A DNA stretch of 64,000 bases, from the NCBI GenBank assembly GCA_020536535.1, contig JAHLWZ010000222.1:1-64000 (forward strand). Reading direction: 5' to 3'. Under the pieces are notes generated by a model, which was not told where the DNA came from, made no database searches, and saw only the letters and a program-made list of their open reading frames with translations. Positions 61,079 through 64,000 of the stretch are shown piece by piece. The translations under genes and the position numbers were made by a program. This DNA comes from Pelomyxa schiedti. Taxonomy: Eukaryota > Protista > Evosea. Positions within the stretch are counted from its first letter, which is position 1; each line of letters opens with the position of its first letter.

Positions 61079-62201
61079 TCAGCAACAACCACCATCTTTC
61101 TTTTTGGGGTTGTCTTGAGTGATTTTTACAGTGGAGGGCTTTTCATCAGTACCACGTGATGGGTTTTTGAGATTGACGAGCACTCGTTTGGTAACCTCTT
61201 CAAAGAGTTCATCAATCCCTGTTTTTGTATGTTAATTGTATTCAAGATGGTATCTAGACTACCTTCGTTGTTGAGGGCGGATGTTTCAGAGAACACAGCT
61301 CCGATGCTAATTTACAGTTAATAAAAAAAAAAAAACCGGAGTATATCCAAAGGGAAATCGAACCTCTTCGCATATTCAGCTCCAACAGATGTTGGTACAA
61401 CTCTCCTTTCTGTCAAATCTTTTTTGTTTCCAGCAATGCCAATAACTGCGCAGAAAAGAAAAACAATGTGAGAGTGACCCGAATAAACAGTCATATACCA
61501 ATATCACCAGTTGTTTTCTGTCTTAATTCTTATGTTTTGTAAAGAAAGAGGGAAGTCAGTATGGAGCAAAAAATAAACAATGATACCTTCTATCCATTCT
61601 TTCATGCGTTCAAAGCTTTCATTTGTTATTACTTCATACTACAATTTGAGTAAATTGATAAGTGGAGGTGACTTTAACGAACCACTACAATGGCAGCTTG
61701 TGCGCCACGATAATCTACAGGTTTTTAAGATGGTTGTTAAGTGTTTGAGGCATACACATAGGTGCCATAGATCGGTATCGTTCCTGTCCGGCTAGTGAGG
61801 AGTAAGATAATGGATAACAGCAGTTAAGCTCAACCTGTATCCCAAATTGCCAATTTTAATTTGGTCCCCTCTATGAACCTACAAGTTTGGTTTGTTGTTT
61901 AATAAATGGGAACTTCTTCCAGTCTTTGATTGAAATTTCTACATTATGCATACAATCTCTTTGTCATGTACGATGCTCCAATTGTAGTGACTTGGTCAGA
62001 GTATGTGCCCTGTACAAATCGCACACCAAGGCACGTTTTTCCAACAGCTTTTTGTTTTTTGTTGACAAACAAAGAAGAAAGTGAAATAGTGGCTGTGTTG
62101 CCCAAAAAAACTGTCCATTTGACGTTGTTGATGACAAAGAACAACGACACACATTGTGTGCCAAGTAGCACGTATTTGAGATCTGACTCGTCGTCGGCCA
62201 T
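61079..62201 (-). CDS. Rab GTPase (Rab5/21/22-like)
   Basis: VLLG...VGKT, [37 protein letters not shown], GGCC*. Confidence 0.92.
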
Positions 62202-62415
62202 TACACACGGTTTACAACGCCTTTTGTTTGTTTTTTTTTATTTTTCTGGCGATTTTTTTTTTGCGATTGATCGCTCGGAAAAAATGAAGAGATAATGAAT
62301 GAGATCAGATTGCATCAACCAAGGTCAGGGGAGGGACGTCAAAGGAAAACTAAAACGCAAAAATTCAAGAACGCATGCCGCTTTCGGAATGGTGTTTCGG
62401 TTTTCAAAATGAGGT

Positions 62416-64000
62416 TTATACAGAGGATGTGGGAATGTTAGTGGGAAGTGGTGAAGTTGAGGAATAATGACGTGGTGTTGTTGGTGGGGGTGTTGTGGAG
62501 GCTGAAAGAGGTAATGTGGATGATGCTGGACTGGTGGTGTTGTTAACAATGGGTTCCATCACCCCCAATGCACCTTTGTTTATTGTAAATGTTAACATCC
62601 TTTACTAATGTTATTTTTATTGAGGAGATACCTGGGGAGGGAGAGGTGGTGATTTGAGAAGCCGCTCTGAAAGCAATAAGAAAAACGGGGGAGAAAAAAA
62701 TTAGTAAAAGCCGCACTCGACGTTACTGCTGTCTTGCTTTGCTGCTCGTTTCTCGAGAGTGAGAAGATGCTTCTCTTTAGCCTCTAAAGCTCTTGAAGTG
62801 TCTTTTTTTTTTTATAGTCAGACCTTAATATACGAAGCACTTCCTCACCTTCATGCTCCAAAGCAAGCTTTTTTGCCTCAATTTGGGCCTGGGTAAATGA
62901 GACAAGGTTATTACATACTATGAAAGGTACTTTTTTTGCTTCAGCCGAGACATGCTCCAGCTTTCTCTGGAGTGCGTCTATTTTCCCCCTTAATTTATCC
63001 TCTGTACTCTTTATGGACTTGGAAAGCCGTAGCTTTTCGTACTTCTCATATACTTCACTCAATTGCATTTCCAAGTCCATGACCTTTAGGATTTTTGAGG
63101 TGGGGTTTTCAAATACTCGTACTTTAAGGCACCGGTTTTCCAGATCCTTTATTAGACTATTTTTTATTGCTGTGGACTCAACAAGTTGAATTTGCTGAAA
63201 AGGAAAATTTAGTGGATTACAGGGCAAAGGGACAATTAAGCAGGAGGCATACAGATTCTTGTTTTACAGTGACAAGTTCATTTTCAAGCTTGCGTATTAA
63301 GGCTGAATCGTTTCTACTACTTTGTAGAGATGACGCCTTGCAAGAATTTGTGTAAGATATGTACAAAGACACAAAGTATACCTGAAGTAAACGAAGTTGA
63401 TCGCGGTAAGACGTAATTGCTCTAGCTAAAAATGAGTTGGAGATTTTGGATAGTTGAAAGTACTTGGTCAAGTCGGTATTGTGAGAGAGTTGTGTGTTCA
63501 GTTCCGCTTTTAGCAAGTCAATCTCCGCTAGAAGTTCTTGTTCCTTAGAAGTAGACTACGTTGAGCAGAAATTACATAAGCGGTGGCTTTTTTACTAACT
63601 CCAACTGCATGATTTTTATACCTGTTGACTAGCTGATGCCTCTTCAACAGATTTGTCACATTCTGAGCTAAGGTCAAGATCCCTTGAGCCCGAATCCTTT
63701 TGCATTGGAAAAGTGTAAAAGAAAGAAAGTAACTAAGTTGATACGTACTGGTGGTAGTGCTGATATTTGGGTGCCAGTTTCTTCTCCACTTGGTACATTT
63801 TCCTTTTACTGTGAGTTAATTATGAAAAAAGAAGAGGGAGTGAACTTTCAAATCTTTCACGTCTCTTGGTGCATCATAGGAAACGTCAGTGATTCGAGAA
63901 TGAGTTAACGGAATAGCTTGAGGGCTGAGAGGAGGTTTTTCCTCTGTTCGAGTTTCGTGATCAACGACATCCAAATTCGGCGAAATGGTTGTTTGAGTTT
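62416..64000 (-). CDS. 3' part of a coiled-coil protein with S/T/P-rich tail (partial)
   Basis: Heptad-rich exons with short introns; the 5' end lies outside the window. Confidence 0.55.

Noticed and set aside
1-64000. CRISPR arrays, rRNA, tRNA, or TnpB/Fanzor-type RNA-guided nucleases
   Set aside because: No repeat-spacer array, rRNA signature, cloverleaf or RuvC plus zinc-finger motif set was seen.

Overview
Compact, intron-rich eukaryotic genomic DNA. Introns are mostly about 30-80 nt, micro-exons are frequent, intergenic spacers are often under 150 bp, and there is one N gap at 15182-15191. CudA-like and ABI genes point to an amoebozoan; an archamoeba such as Pelomyxa is a guess, not shown. 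The first 7.4 kb is mobile DNA: (i) the 5' end of a Ty3/gypsy-like retroelement on the minus strand, with a candidate ~250-270 bp LTR, gag with a CCHC knuckle, and a classical -1 frameshift signal (A AAU UUU, 8-nt spacer, predicted H-type pseudoknot) opening a pol-frame that runs off the window; (ii) a micro-exon locus of unknown product carrying a 50-bp perfect palindrome; (iii) an apparently intact hAT-type DNA transposon with unusually long 182-bp TIRs, a palindromic 8-bp TSD candidate and a transposase whose N-terminus resembles a prokaryotic ribbon-helix-helix rather than a BED finger. The rest holds about 28 spliced host genes: WWE protein, two Rabs, a Crinkler-like NTPase+REase gene, three paralogous ankyrin genes, METTL25-like, reticulon, GET2/CAML-like, V-ATPase D, RtcB, PDI-like, a VP39-like cap 2'-O-methyltransferase, a CG-1/TIG/LRR (CAMTA-like) factor, GH127, CudA-like, a metallophosphoesterase, a catalytically degenerate short pyruvate-kinase-like protein, APC7-like TPR, NTF2-like, ABI, ABC-F, SDR and an SH3 protein. 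All family calls come from motif recognition by eye and exon boundaries are manual inferences; no searches were run.
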